Shown piece after piece: positions 1-11,424 of a stretch of 32,534 nt of DNA; position 1 is the first letter of the stretch; the number at the start of each line of letters is the position of its first letter. Origin of the DNA: Perkinsus olseni (lineage: Eukaryota); assembly GCA_013115125.1 (NCBI GenBank), contig JABANN010000401.1:1-32534 (forward strand). The letters run 5' to 3'. The position numbers and the translations under genes are program-made. The notes beneath the pieces are model-generated. The model was not told the origin of the DNA and did no database searches. It worked only from the letters and a program-made list of their open reading frames with translations.

Positions 1-78
1 GTTGAAAATGACATTGCAAGTGGTGCAAAAACAGGTGCTTAAAAGAACTCCGGTGAGGAAAAACGATTTACTCAACAG

Positions 79-1137
79 ATGCATCCTGAAGAGCATCAGG
101 AGCTGATTACCCGCTTCTTCACCTACTTCTATGCCTCGATTAATCTCGGTTCGATTATTGGTGGCGTTGTTACACCAATACTTCTGCAAGAAGTCAGCTA
201 CACGGCTAGCTTCCTTTTCCCTCTGGCCTTCTTCGTCATCGCCACCATAGTCTTGGTTATAGGAGACTTCATGAACCGTTATGTAAAAGCAAAGCCGCAG
301 GGATCAGCTGTACTGAAGGTCGGTGAGGTGGCCCTCTTTTCTGTTGTCAAATGCTCCCTCGAGAAGAACAAGAAGAGCAAAGGCGGAAAGTTCGAGGACG
401 AGTTCATCGAGGATGCGAGGGTTTTCTTCAGACTCATCCCCCTCTTTGTTTTGACTATACCGTTCAATATGGCTTACAACAATATGACGACCACTTTCCT
501 CACGCAGGGCTTCAAGATGGACCGCAATACTTTCGGTTGGAACATGCCCGCTGCCCTCATGCAGAACGTCGACCCTATTGCGGTCGTTCTGGTTTCCTTA
601 TTCGTGGATAGGGCCCTCTTCCCTATCTTAAGAAGGCGAGGACTTATGCCACCGGTTCTGGTTCGTTATTGCATTGGGTCCTCGCTTGGTGCTTTGGCAC
701 TAGTCGCCGCTGTGATTGTGGAATTCGCCGTCAATAGCCGACCGCTATACACAGTATCTATTTGGTGGCAAATCCCTCAGTTTGCATTGATTGCTGCTGG
801 GGAGATCTTCCTGGTGTCGACCAGCTATGAGGTGGCCTTCACACATGCCCCACCAGAACTGAAGGCCGTGGCTTCCGCCGTGAACCTCTGCTTCATGGCG
901 GTCGCCAACGCTCTTTCAGCTGTCATGTTCCAGCTGGCATCTCCATGGTTGCCTAACTTCGATCCTGGCAGCGCAAGAGCTGAGCCCTCCCACTACGACT
1001 ACTATTACTATGTACTCATAGGGCTATGTCTTGTTGGCGCCATTGGGTCTCTGGCATTCGTGCCGTATTACAGAAAGGTACATGCTGAGGCAATGGCCCG
1101 GCAGAAGACGGAGGTCAGCGAGACTGATGCCCCTTGA
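79..1137 (+). CDS. Proton-dependent oligopeptide transporter (POT/PTR, MFS); 3' portion, N-terminus missing from window
   Basis: 352-aa ORF with PTR2 signature FFTYFYASINLGS, many TM helices, and SIWWQIPQFALIAAGEIF / SYEVAFTHAPPELKA typical of POT C-terminal halves. It starts mid-domain. CAG at 76-78 looks like a splice acceptor, and an in-frame TAA lies at 40-42. Confidence 0.88.
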   Translation: MHPEEHQELITRFFTYFYASINLGSIIGGVVTPILLQEVSYTASFLFPLAFFVIATIVLVIGDFMNRYVKAKPQGSAVLKVGEVALFSVVKCSLEKNKKSKGGKFEDEFIEDARVFFRLIPLFVLTIPFNMAYNNMTTTFLTQGFKMDRNTFGWNMPAALMQNVDPIAVVLVSLFVDRALFPILRRRGLMPPVLVRYCIGSSLGALALVAAVIVEFAVNSRPLYTVSIWWQIPQFALIAAGEIFLVSTSYEVAFTHAPPELKAVASAVNLCFMAVANALSAVMFQLASPWLPNFDPGSARAEPSHYDYYYYVLIGLCLVGAIGSLAFVPYYRKVHAEAMARQKTEVSETDAP

Positions 1138-2042
1138 GGATCTCTGTATTATTCTTCATTTTCCCGTTGACAAGTTTTTAGTTCATTCGAACATTTCGCC
1201 TGTCGTTGATGTCATTCATCACCTCAGACAGTCACAGTCTGTCGTAGAATCGGTAGTTTTCCTGCTCCAGAGTTAATAATTTTTCCTGGAGAATCCCGAG
1301 AGTTTCGTTGATTGTACTCCGCAACGTGTTAAGCAAGCCTGTGGCAAGTCGCGATCAATCGGTCGCGTGTAAGCGAATTCAAAGTCCAACGCCGACAGTA
1401 TGGCTTAGTTAGACTAGTACCGAGGAACCTCTCTATGGGGGGAGCAGCTGAGTTGTTCTTTCGCCTGACTGATGTCGAGTTTTACTTGGGAAAGTCGCGC
1501 GGAGAACTAGGGAACCTCGCTGTGATGCGAAACTGCGCCGGATCTGCTTCGATGAAATATTGCCACGCTGCCGTCGAATGCACACCGTTTCGGTGGAGTC
1601 GGTTTCGGACTCGGGCTAGTCTACGAACAACCCTGGTTCAATTCCGAGAGCTTTTGCTCAGACCCATGCGTGTTGGCGTACGGACAACGTTGAATCGGGA
1701 TAGATAGCAAGTCAGCGGCCGGACTGTGGTTCTGGTTTCAGAACCGTTCAGGTTTCCCTCCCACCATGTTGTTATCGTGATTTAAGAGTCGTGTCCGGAA
1801 AAGGATTCAGACTTTGAATTAACACAATCGTCGAGTTCACCGAAATAAGCCACTCTACCGATGGTCAGTCGATACACGCAGGTGCATTCAATCCGGTGGG
1901 AAGCGTTACGATTGGGCAGTGCCAGGCAGTGCCGCAGTGCAGAGTCCGAGTAGAAGCCCAGCTCTCGCAGGGACACCGATGCCTGTTGTCAATGGGCTGT
2001 GAACCCCTCTTCGCCCCTATACGAACGCAACTTCGAACGCTA

Positions 2043-3582
2043 TCAGTAACGAATCCTTTTACGAGAGGTGGCGGATTGACTTTCCCGCCTATGAGTCTTG
2101 ACTGTGGCGTAGAGCTTGAGGTTGAAACGTGAGAGGGCCTTGAAGACAAGAATCAGCTTTACAGAGTGATCACTTCCTACCTGCGGGACTGCACTGATGA
2201 CTTTCCCGAATTCTGAGGCACCTTCCTTGTAAATGGTCGTGAGTGGAACTGAACAACAGCGGCCCTCAAGCTCGTACGGAAGCAGACACACGCCGGGGGC
2301 ATCAAGAACAGCGCGGACTGTAGTCTTCGGTGTCACAGTTCTTTAAGTTCATGTACGCATCAATCACACTTGGCAATCACAAAAATTCGTAAACAATTCT
2401 CAGCAAGTAGCAAACGTGCAATTGTAATGGTTCAACCTAGCGAGTTGCTTCACCGTTGAAGACCGCAAGGAAGTCTATCTACGACGGCCGACTCACTGCT
2501 TCTAATCTCGCATCCAGGCCGACTACGCAGGACGCATTTGTGAGGGAGAACGACTTGATACCTGCTCACGACGGAATCGCTACTTCGGCGACGCCAAGGG
2601 CTTACACTGAGATGCACTCCTTCGGGCGCTGGACGTATGATGGCAAATACGGATAGACGAACTCGTCGAACTCCGGACGCCAAAAAGTGAAGAGCTTCTC
2701 GCCAATCTGCGACGGAGCATGGAGCAAGGGAATCAGTGGCTCTAACATGTCGACTCAGCGCTTTGTTCCTGCCTTAGACGAAGCATAGAATTGCCAAGGG
2801 CAGGACTAAGCTTGGGACACACGCAGACGCAGGACGTCCTATTGGTGTGAATTCAGAAGGCCGGTTCGATGGTACTCTCAACCAAGAGGGGTCATGCAAG
2901 TAATCATACACGGCACACGAAGTGGTGCGAAATCCTTCAACGTCGAAGCCACACCGATAAGGACACGGAAATTGATTCGGCGGAGGAGGTAGAAGAAGAC
3001 CGGTTCCTCACCATCCATTCACATTTGCTCTGCTTCTCGTCAACTCGCAGGATGCATCTCCGCAACTTTCTATTCAAACAATCAATGTCGGTCTCACCCG
3101 GCGCAACCTTCCCGCCGAGCAGACGGTACCGGCACCACGCAGGCTGCACACCACTGACCATCAGAAGCCGTTTCGACACAACAGAAACGGAGCGCTCACC
3201 TCTGTGACGCCTCGAGTGAGTCGGATATTAGCAGATAGGGCTGCTCGTCGAAGTGACAGAGAACGACGGCGTAGCCAGTACCTGAGAATCGTTCGAATGG
3301 CGGAGGTGAGTACTCCTGCGTGCTCTATTTCTATGCGCGAATCACTCGAACTACCGTCGGAAATTTCGGATGCATCGGTGGATTTACGACGAAGAGCCTC
3401 TCTCACCAACCCTTCAACCTGAGGATTTAGTGAACCCTTTCTCAAGGCCCTTAAGAATGACGATTCTCAATGTCAGACCCTTAACGAAAGTGAGGAACCT
3501 ATAACAGCGCTTCCCGAGTCCTCTAGTTTCAAGTGTGAGGATACTAACCGCAAGAAAGACGCAGACCTTCGCTGACCGCCAT
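2043..3582 (-). CDS. NUDT21: Cleavage factor Im 25 kDa subunit (CFIm25/CPSF5)-like Nudix-fold protein, multi-exon
   Basis: Phase-consistent GT-AG exons 3200-3281, 3012-3153, 2606-2706, 2497-2561, 2181-2248, 2043-2138 give RTGYAVVLCHFDEQPYLL..YRLLGGKVAPGETDIDCLNRKL..W..GEKLFTFWRPEFDEFVYPYLPSYVQRPKECISVYQVVLP..IPLTTIY..FGKVISAVPQALSRFN. This parallels CFIm25 (LPGG..GE..; WWRPNF..YPY.P.H...PKE; YGPIISSLPQLLSRFN). The 5' exons (ATG 3582 plus short exons near 3390-3418 and 3479-3522) are tentative. Confidence 0.8.
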
Positions 3583-4696
3583 GCCAGCGACACTTCTCGG
3601 CGACGAGCACGTCCGCGAAATTTGATCCGCAATATGAAAAAACTAGTGAGAACCATAGTTCGCATCGCGTTCTTCACTCTGTTCGGTACAAAATGCGTAG
3701 AATACGAGAGGCGTTTTCCACTGATGGTTTGAAAGGCGAAGTCACTTCATGTTCGCGGCCAAACTCACAACGGAGTTTCCCCCACGACTTGAAAAATGCA
3801 TCTCACGTCGCGGAATTCACATTTGGCAGGTAAAAGCGCGTGAAACATGACGCGCGCCATGCTACATGCTATTTATTACCGGTGTAAAAAGCGAAGCTAC
3901 TTCTGCGAAATTAAGGGACGTTACGGACTCAAAACTCAGATCCCGGACTTACGCCGCATGCCCTCCTTCTGCCAAGCATCCAACCAACTCCTCCTCGGCG
4001 CCCCTAACGACTGACACGAACGACGAGAGTGTTTCCAACAACACAACCCTGAGCGAAAACTGAGTGGTTGTTCAACAAACAAATTCCGAGACTGAAAATC
4101 GATTCTATAACCGAATTTTAGGCGTAAAAATCACTCCCGCTATCGATTCTTCCAGAATTAGTTCAACGTACGGGGGAGAAGGGTGAAGTTGCTCGTCGAA
4201 CTCACCCGAAGATTCCCTTTCTCAGTCGAATTTGAGCGGGACGGCTGCATGTCGTAGTTGCACAAGTCGTAGACCTGCCAATCGGGGCTCGCCACAGCCA
4301 TTAGGTGAAGAAAACTAGCGGCAGTAGCACGTGGCAAATCTCGATAACGGAGGAATATACAAAAAATTGGTATCACTTTTCTCCTTGCAACGAAACACCG
4401 TGAGTAAAATTCGAACAGCAGTTTCCACGTTACTCCGAGTTTGAAGCTACTGGCCCGTGCTCTTGTTGACGAAGTACACGGCGCGGATTGGCCGTGTTGA
4501 CCTTGAGCCCTTATTTGAATATCCCAACCGAAGTCCGGATAAAGGCTTGCATGAGTCTACCGACTAGTCCTCAGCGATTCAGTATAAAATTCCGCACACT
4601 CCCTGCAACTCGCACAACACAGAAATAGAATGAAACGAAACACACATGGTCTTACAACTCTGGTGTAAAAATTCTGGGACCGCGCGCCACGAAATT

Positions 4697-7600
4697 CTAT
4701 GCCGTGTCCAGAATCATGCTCGCCGGGTTCTCAAGGTAGCTCTTGAAAGTGTTAGAGAAACGCGCAACGGTTGCACCTGAAAAAAAACTTCGCTCCGCTG
4801 TTCGCAGTTCGGACAGGAAAATTGTCCTCGCCTACACTGGAAGCGTCCTAGGTAGCGCCTCACGCCGCTAGAAACCGTTTCATCTTGAATAATGAATCGT
4901 TACTCACTGATTACCCATCATGAAGTTCACGTTTAAGGTTATTTCTAAATCTCTTTTTTTTCGTGGGATGTTCGGAACACAAAAAATTTCCAACCAAAAT
5001 TGAATGGTCGCCCTGTGAATTTTTCGCCCGCCCTGCTACATCGTCGAAGCACAACACAAGAGCAGCGCGATCACTTCTCGATCGTTTAATCGCGGTGAAT
5101 AGTGTTGGCATTCCACATCACGGGCGAAAAATTCCGAATTCGGTCTTTTTCGCTCTTTTCGCGGGCTCACTAGTGAGGTTACTGAGCAATCGCTCTCACG
5201 ATTCAGCAATTCCGTCAAAGCCACGCTTCAACCTTGGATACCACTCACCATCGATATGCCGATGGTCGGCCGACCACGACACGTTCACGATCTTCGCCGG
5301 ATACACTTCCGAACCGTCATCGGTGAACCTACCACACCATCTCACTTTTCACGCGCCACGAAATTCATAAAAGAGCAACTCACAACATAATCGATCATCA
5401 TGACGCGCGCTATTTCCACCTCTCCCGCCTCACCTAGGTAATGTCCTTATCCTTCCTGCTCCACCAATAAGAGCTTGGCCGTCAAACAGAATAGATTTCG
5501 AGTAGGTTCCTCCGATGACTCCGACGTTCGAGAAAGATACTGTTCCGCCATGTACGTCGTCCACGGTTAATCGACCGGCAGCAGCGCGCTCCTGAGACTC
5601 CGAAAAATCAAATTTTTGACTCAATTAAAATCAATGCTCGTCTTGGAAAATCCCAAAAATTCGGGAAAAAAACCTAAAATTCCCGCCCCAAGGAATAATA
5701 ATAAAAGGAAAAATTGAAAAAAATCGAAATTTGTCCGAAATATGAGGAGAAATCCGTACCAGTTTTCTACAAGAATGGTGCGCCATTCAAACGTACCGGA
5801 ATGCCTAGCGGAGCGAAGCGCATAAAAGAATTTTTCTCAAGGATACACAGCTCCAAAGATCTCCCTCTCCCACCTGAATTTCGAGAATGTCTTTCTGAAT
5901 CTGCACCAGAGATTTTTTCTCAACTCCCTTCACGTTCGGTACCACCAACCCTGAGGGACTGTCAACGGCCATGGAGATATTATGATGGCGATACACAGTA
6001 AAAAACTCGCCCGACCTGACAACTCATGACCGCGCGCCACGAAATTATTCCAACTCACGGGTCGATTTTGGAATTTAGCGTCTCGTGTTTGAGAAGGCTC
6101 AGTGACAGGGCTTTGATCATAATAGCCGTCAGCGTGATTGAAGGCAGATTGTGCGGCGGGCCCTGGACTAGCTTCTTTAGGTTAGCCTGGAAAATAATTT
6201 CGTGGCGCAGTGACAAAACCAACACTAATCTACTGAGAGCCAGACATGATTCAGAAACCACATTCCGCATGAAATCGATCACATGATCGATTCCAGAAAA
6301 TTTAATTCGAAATCCCAGTCGAATCCGCCCTAGGATCACTAGAAAATTGAACATCGATAAGCAGCCACTCTGGCCAAGTACATAAAAATCATAGAACGTA
6401 TCACCCCCACAAACATTACAGCAGGGTCGTTAAGTGAACCAATTCTGAAACCGGATTTTACGTTTGAGAACAATAAATGCCGTTTACGAAGTAGACAAGG
6501 TTAGTTGTCAGCCGTATCGGTGTCACAACGGCGTGCGGGACACGCGCGCGTTACAAGATGCTCGTGTCGGTGTAACCGTCGGCGTAGCGCGTTGCGCTGT
6601 TACGGTCGGTTTACGTATCTCGTAGTTAAGCGATTTTATTCCTCTTTCTCGGCCATTCCCGCCACTCCCGGGGCTGGATCTCGTGAGTTCTCCCATTCCG
6701 CAGCCGCGCTTTGGCCGGCTCGCTGCGCATTGGGGGGAACCCACGCGATCTGGCGTCACCCGCTCGGAGCACTTTCATCGGAGTCCCAAGATGCGGCCTG
6801 CAGTCCGGCCCAGCGTACGGGTCGCAGGTTCAGCGTTTTCGGGTCTCAGGTTTGGTGCTCTCGCGGGTGCGCTGCGCTGTTCCCATACTCCCCGGGAGGG
6901 CTTAATGCTGTAGATCGAGGCGGTTAAACTAATAGTAATATACTAGTCAATATTATATACCCACCATATAGAAAATGATATAAATATAAACCATATAATA
7001 TTATTGGACCGGGGGAGGGAATCAGTCACAGTCCGCTCACATCGGTATCCGCACATCGGTGATGCGGGTCTAACTAAGCCTAAGCCCTGTAAGTCCTTGA
7101 CGTTGGACTTGAAACTCACTCACACAGTCCGCCTACTCACACTTCGCACTACGCTCGCAATACCCTTCGAACGCCCAAGCCCGTGAGCACCCACGCAGGA
7201 CTACCTGCACCCTCAACAACTCGTCCACGCGTATTTCCTCGCCCAAGTTCATATGAGGGGCACCCAGCGACGCCGTCATCGATTTCACCATAGCCGCTGC
7301 CACGCCCCGGGTCAGAGACACTCGGTAGGACTCGGACGTATCCTGCGCCTTCGCCACAGGAGCAACCTCGTCAACCTTCGACGCCGCTGCCGCTGCCTTG
7401 AGAATATCATCCATCAAAACCCTTCCGTCGGGACCTGAAGACGCCCCAAATGATTCTACATAACTGAATCATGATAATTTCTCATTAGACCAGGTATTCA
7501 GTAGATAATTTTCCCCGATCATAGAGGCGAAAAATTCATAAATTTAGAATTTTTTTTCTATTTTCTGCTTTGGAAATTCGCTAGGTAATTTCCCTCCTGA

Positions 7601-10600
7601 GCGATTCCACAATCATCTTCCACACGTTCAGCTCAATTATGGAGATCAGGAGAGGCTGTCTATCAAACACCCCCAAAGTTTCGCTCCGCGAGAATCTCCA
7701 ACAGCAGGACAACACGCACGATTCTAGGAAATTGGATATGATAACTTAATATCGAACCGAGTGTCGGTGCCACGAAAAGTTCCGCCCAACTACCCTTCCT
7801 TTCAAAGCCTCCCTTCCCATTGGCCCACCACTATCATATAAAATCTAGTCTACGTCACGCTACATTCTTATCGTCATTATTTTATAATTTCGTTATTTCG
7901 GTTTTTTGTCTTGTGATGTCTATAATAGCACTAATTCTTGATATCGTGATAGACCTCATCACGAAGTCCCTTAATAATGCACAATCAAACACAGTGCCGT
8001 ACTCAGGGGTGGGCAAATTGGGCACTTGCCCAGGGGCCCCGAAAGGACTCCCACTCGGAAAGGGCCCGAAGTGGGACCGCCTCCGCCCGACGGGGGGGCC
8101 TGTGTGCTCGATTTGCCCAGGGCCCGAGCTTTCGAAAAAATCGAGAGTACGGCACTGATCAAACACTCCCGGCTACTACCAGTGCCAAGAACAGAGTTGA
8201 TCTCGATTCCCTTCTCCTTCGCCGCCTGTCTCACCTTCGGAATGGCCAGCGCCCGACCCTCCTCCTTCGCAGCTCTATTGAGCTCTGAGCCGGAAAGCGA
8301 ATCATAGGTCGACTAGTGCAAGATACAAGTATAAAGATACCAATCGATAGCTCCTTTAAAAAACGTTCATTTCGATCGCCACTTTTCACATCATCAGTCC
8401 TCCTTTTCCAACGAAAGATTCGGCTACCCTTGCGCTACACAAAATTAAAGATACCCCCAACTTACATCAAACCACCTTCCAGCCAATTCCTAACCCCTCG
8501 AACAGACCAACTCGAAACTACTATGAAAATTCCTGCCAGCTGGTATATACTGGAGTTTCGCCCGTAATACGCGAAGTGGCTTTTTTTCCACATACCGAAA
8601 AACGCAGAAATCGCGATGTAAAATGTGTTTTCCATATCGCGGGCAAACTCCAATGATCACGAAAAATACCCATCAGTTATCTCTGCCTTTTAACCCGTAT
8701 CCACTTTCCCGCCTCATGGACCCAAACCCTCGAGACTTATGCTCGCGACATTCCCCGCGTCCCGAGCCATTCGCCCTCTACTACCCGTCTCAACAGCTTC
8801 AGGCTGCTCGACCTTCCCAGCCGCCACAGGCTGTCCCTCCCCCCCGTCCAAACCCTCTACTTCAATATCCACCAGAACCGAACCGACCTTGGCTGTATCT
8901 CCTACTTTATACCTGCCGGCCTCCCAGATCGATAATTTCGTGGCGCAGTGACAAAAATTCTTACCCTAAGCGCCTGATTACACCATTGTACCGACTGGTG
9001 ATGTCCACGACCGCCTTGTCGCTTTCAACGGTACAAATCCGGTCCATCTCTTCTACGCGATCTCCTGCAAGAATCAAAACTCGCACCCCGACTCTGCCGA
9101 CTGAACGAAATGTCTACCTCTCTAACGGAGCGATACGCACAGTACTCTCCAGAACCTCCGAGTTCTCATTTTCCGATTGGAAAATTTTGATCTTCCCGAT
9201 TTTTTTGAAGACCCTCCCCCATTACTTCTTCCAGGACAAATCAGATTTACACGATAACACCACTGAATCAAAAGTCGAAATTTCTCGCAAAAAAATTTTC
9301 GAGAAATTCACCAATTTTACCGAAAATTTCCCGAAATTCTCCCAGGGCCATCGTTTAAGACCTTCTCCAACGTGCCACTCCATCATCGCCACTTCGCTGA
9401 TCCCCTCTCCAATATCCGCAAGATGAAACGGCACAATTTGACCGCTGGTCTGAGAGGCAGGCAACACCTCGCTGGTCTCCTCCGTCTTTGAAACGCGGCC
9501 TGAAAAATATTGGTCAATGACAGTTGAGAGAATCGAACCAAGGCCCTCCCCAGAGCTGAATTAAACCCTTAACCACTCTACCACCTGCACTTTCCTTAGC
9601 CGGAGTCTCCTCTACCCCGTGCGTTTCCTCCTCTTCTATCTCCAACAAAACGTCCCCAACTTTGGCAATGCTATTCACATCGAACAACAAACGTTTTACC
9701 GTACCGCCGTACCTGAGATACTCTGAAATTCCAAATTTCGTGGCGCGCGAGAAAAAGCACCTGCTGGTGATATCCACCGCAGCCTTGTCGCTCTCAACCG
9801 TACAAAGACGATCCATCTCCTCGATCTTATCACCTGATCATATAAACCCGTACCACACCAATCGCGACTTCCCCCGAATTTCTTCCCGCTCGACACCATC
9901 ACCCATTCCACACTGGTTCGCCAGAGACCTAAGACTAGCTGGCTTTCCACCAGCGCTCTGCGGAGCACTGATAAGACCGGCGGAAACTATAGATCGGCCT
10001 GCGCTCGCGGGCGCGTTTGGCTGGTTAAGGTTGACAAACGTTTCACTCGTGATTCGTATTAAAGCATACCATGGCAGACGCGTATAATTCCGCTTCCACT
10101 CAAAAAAACGGCGAAAAATCACAACAGGAGAGACACTACCGCAACCACTTGATAATAATACACCAATAAACATCTTGCGCAGACATACAACACTGTCAAC
10201 CCGGTTCTAAGATTCTCTCCAAGACCTCGAGCCAGAATACCCCTTTGATTCCTGTTATAACATAGAGCGTCTCCCTAATTCCATCAAGGTAAAACAAAGC
10301 GACAAAAGAAGCTCACTTTGAAGCGCACAATTATCAACCCAACGTGGCTGTGAGGACACTAGGCAGCAACGCCAAATTTCGTTTCCGCTATTCCTGATCA
10401 GTGGAGGTTCTCCCGTCGGACGTGAAGGGGCGTTCTTCGCGCGATGTAAAATGTCTTTTTCATATCGCGGGTGAAACTCCAGTGTTTCTATAGGACACTC
10501 TGCACCCGTTCTGCTAATTGCTAATTCAAGCTTGTGTTGCCAATAACTCAATTTTGTCAATTTTTTGTCAATAATTCAATTTTGTCAATAATTCAATTGC

Positions 10601-11424
10601 TTGTTTTCCTAATTGAACAGTTCAAATTTAACAGAATAGTTATCAGGAGTCGCGCCAACCCACACTACCCGGTTTCACATGCCACTCCATCACCTCCACC
10701 TGCGTGATACCTAAGGTGCGTATCTTCAGCTCAACCCTGCATCCGACAGTGACAAAAGATACCATCCCATCAATTCGAATCGTAATGCCGATTTTTCGAT
10801 CCCAGAATTGCCGACAAAATTCCCCCTACCAGACGAACAGCGGCTTCCAGCGAGTTCACTCCGCGCTTTACACCCGGCCATAAGAATTGAATTGCCCGTC
10901 CAGCAGATTTTCCAACAGTCAGTCTCGCCAATTCATTGATCGACGAGCTACCGGATATTGCTGTTTTGGTAACTCCCTATGCCTGATGGTACTATGGCCT
11001 ATGAATGACATCCCTGCCGTTGTCTCCATAATGGCGCTGCTAAGATTTGCTGCACACGAGCGAAAAAAAATTTTTAACAAATCGCGTCCCGAAAAACACC
11101 CCGCATGAACCCCAGAATTTCCGTCCAAAAAATTTGTTCTCGGGAGCATACATCCCGAGGCGCCCTATTCAAAGAAGAGGTCGATGCATGCTCAAAACAA
11201 GGAAAAAGATACCTATCCTCTCTACTCCCCGATAACTAAGATAAGACCTTCTCAAAAAAGAAACCCTCCCTCCACAAGTTCGGCGATTTCCCCTCAACAA
11301 GATCCCCTCCTCCCGATATACTACCCTCCCCGATGTCCGCCAACCTAAACGGTTTCACAGCTCCCAATACTGCCGTCCCTCGCCAGAACGATAGATGCCG
11401 GCGAGTGACCAAGCCGGACAGCAT
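4697..11424 (-). CDS. DBT: Dihydrolipoamide acyltransferase E2 of branched-chain 2-oxoacid dehydrogenase type; two lipoyl domains; 14 exons, ~543 aa
   Basis: Exons 11325-11424, 10669-10710, 9761-9833, 9585-9712, 9362-9499, 8965-9064, 8785-8912, 8180-8284, 7205-7434, 6059-6186, 5874-6015, 5434-5591, 5249-5328, 4697-4776 total 1632 nt, in frame, all GT-AG. Product: Arg-rich presequence [16 protein letters not shown]; two copies of [10 protein letters not shown]...[26 protein letters not shown]3-binding domain [31 protein letters not shown]; catalytic [17 protein letters not shown]. Confidence 0.93.
7992..8157. mobile_element. 166-bp non-autonomous DNA transposon (MITE), hAT-like, in E2 intron 8
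   Basis: Perfect 13-bp TIRs CAGTGCCGTACTC (7992-8004) / GAGTACGGCACTG (8145-8157). Exact 8-bp direct repeat ATCAAACA at 7984-7991 and 8158-8165. GC-rich interior with GGGCCC/GCCCAGGG sub-terminal motifs. Confidence 0.9.
9934..9970 (-). mobile_element. Helitron-like 3' terminus in E2 intron 2
   Basis: Minus strand reads CAGTGCTC-CGCA-GAGCGCTG (8-bp hairpin, one G-T), a 12-nt spacer, then CTAG followed by T. The 5' TC end was not located. Confidence 0.5.
10541..10598. repeat. Short AT-rich tandem repeat, ~17-bp unit CAATAATTCAATTTTGT, about 3 degenerate copies
   Basis: Directly visible periodic sequence in E2 intron 2. Confidence 0.7.

Noticed and set aside
7068-7098. Telomere-like or twister/pistol-like TAAGCC repeats
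   Set aside because: Only two units, explained as a local duplication inside the structured motif. The remaining ribozyme consensus elements are absent.
8623-9426. 267-aa plus-strand ORF
   Set aside because: Antisense shadow of E2 exons 5-7 and introns, with no recognisable domain.
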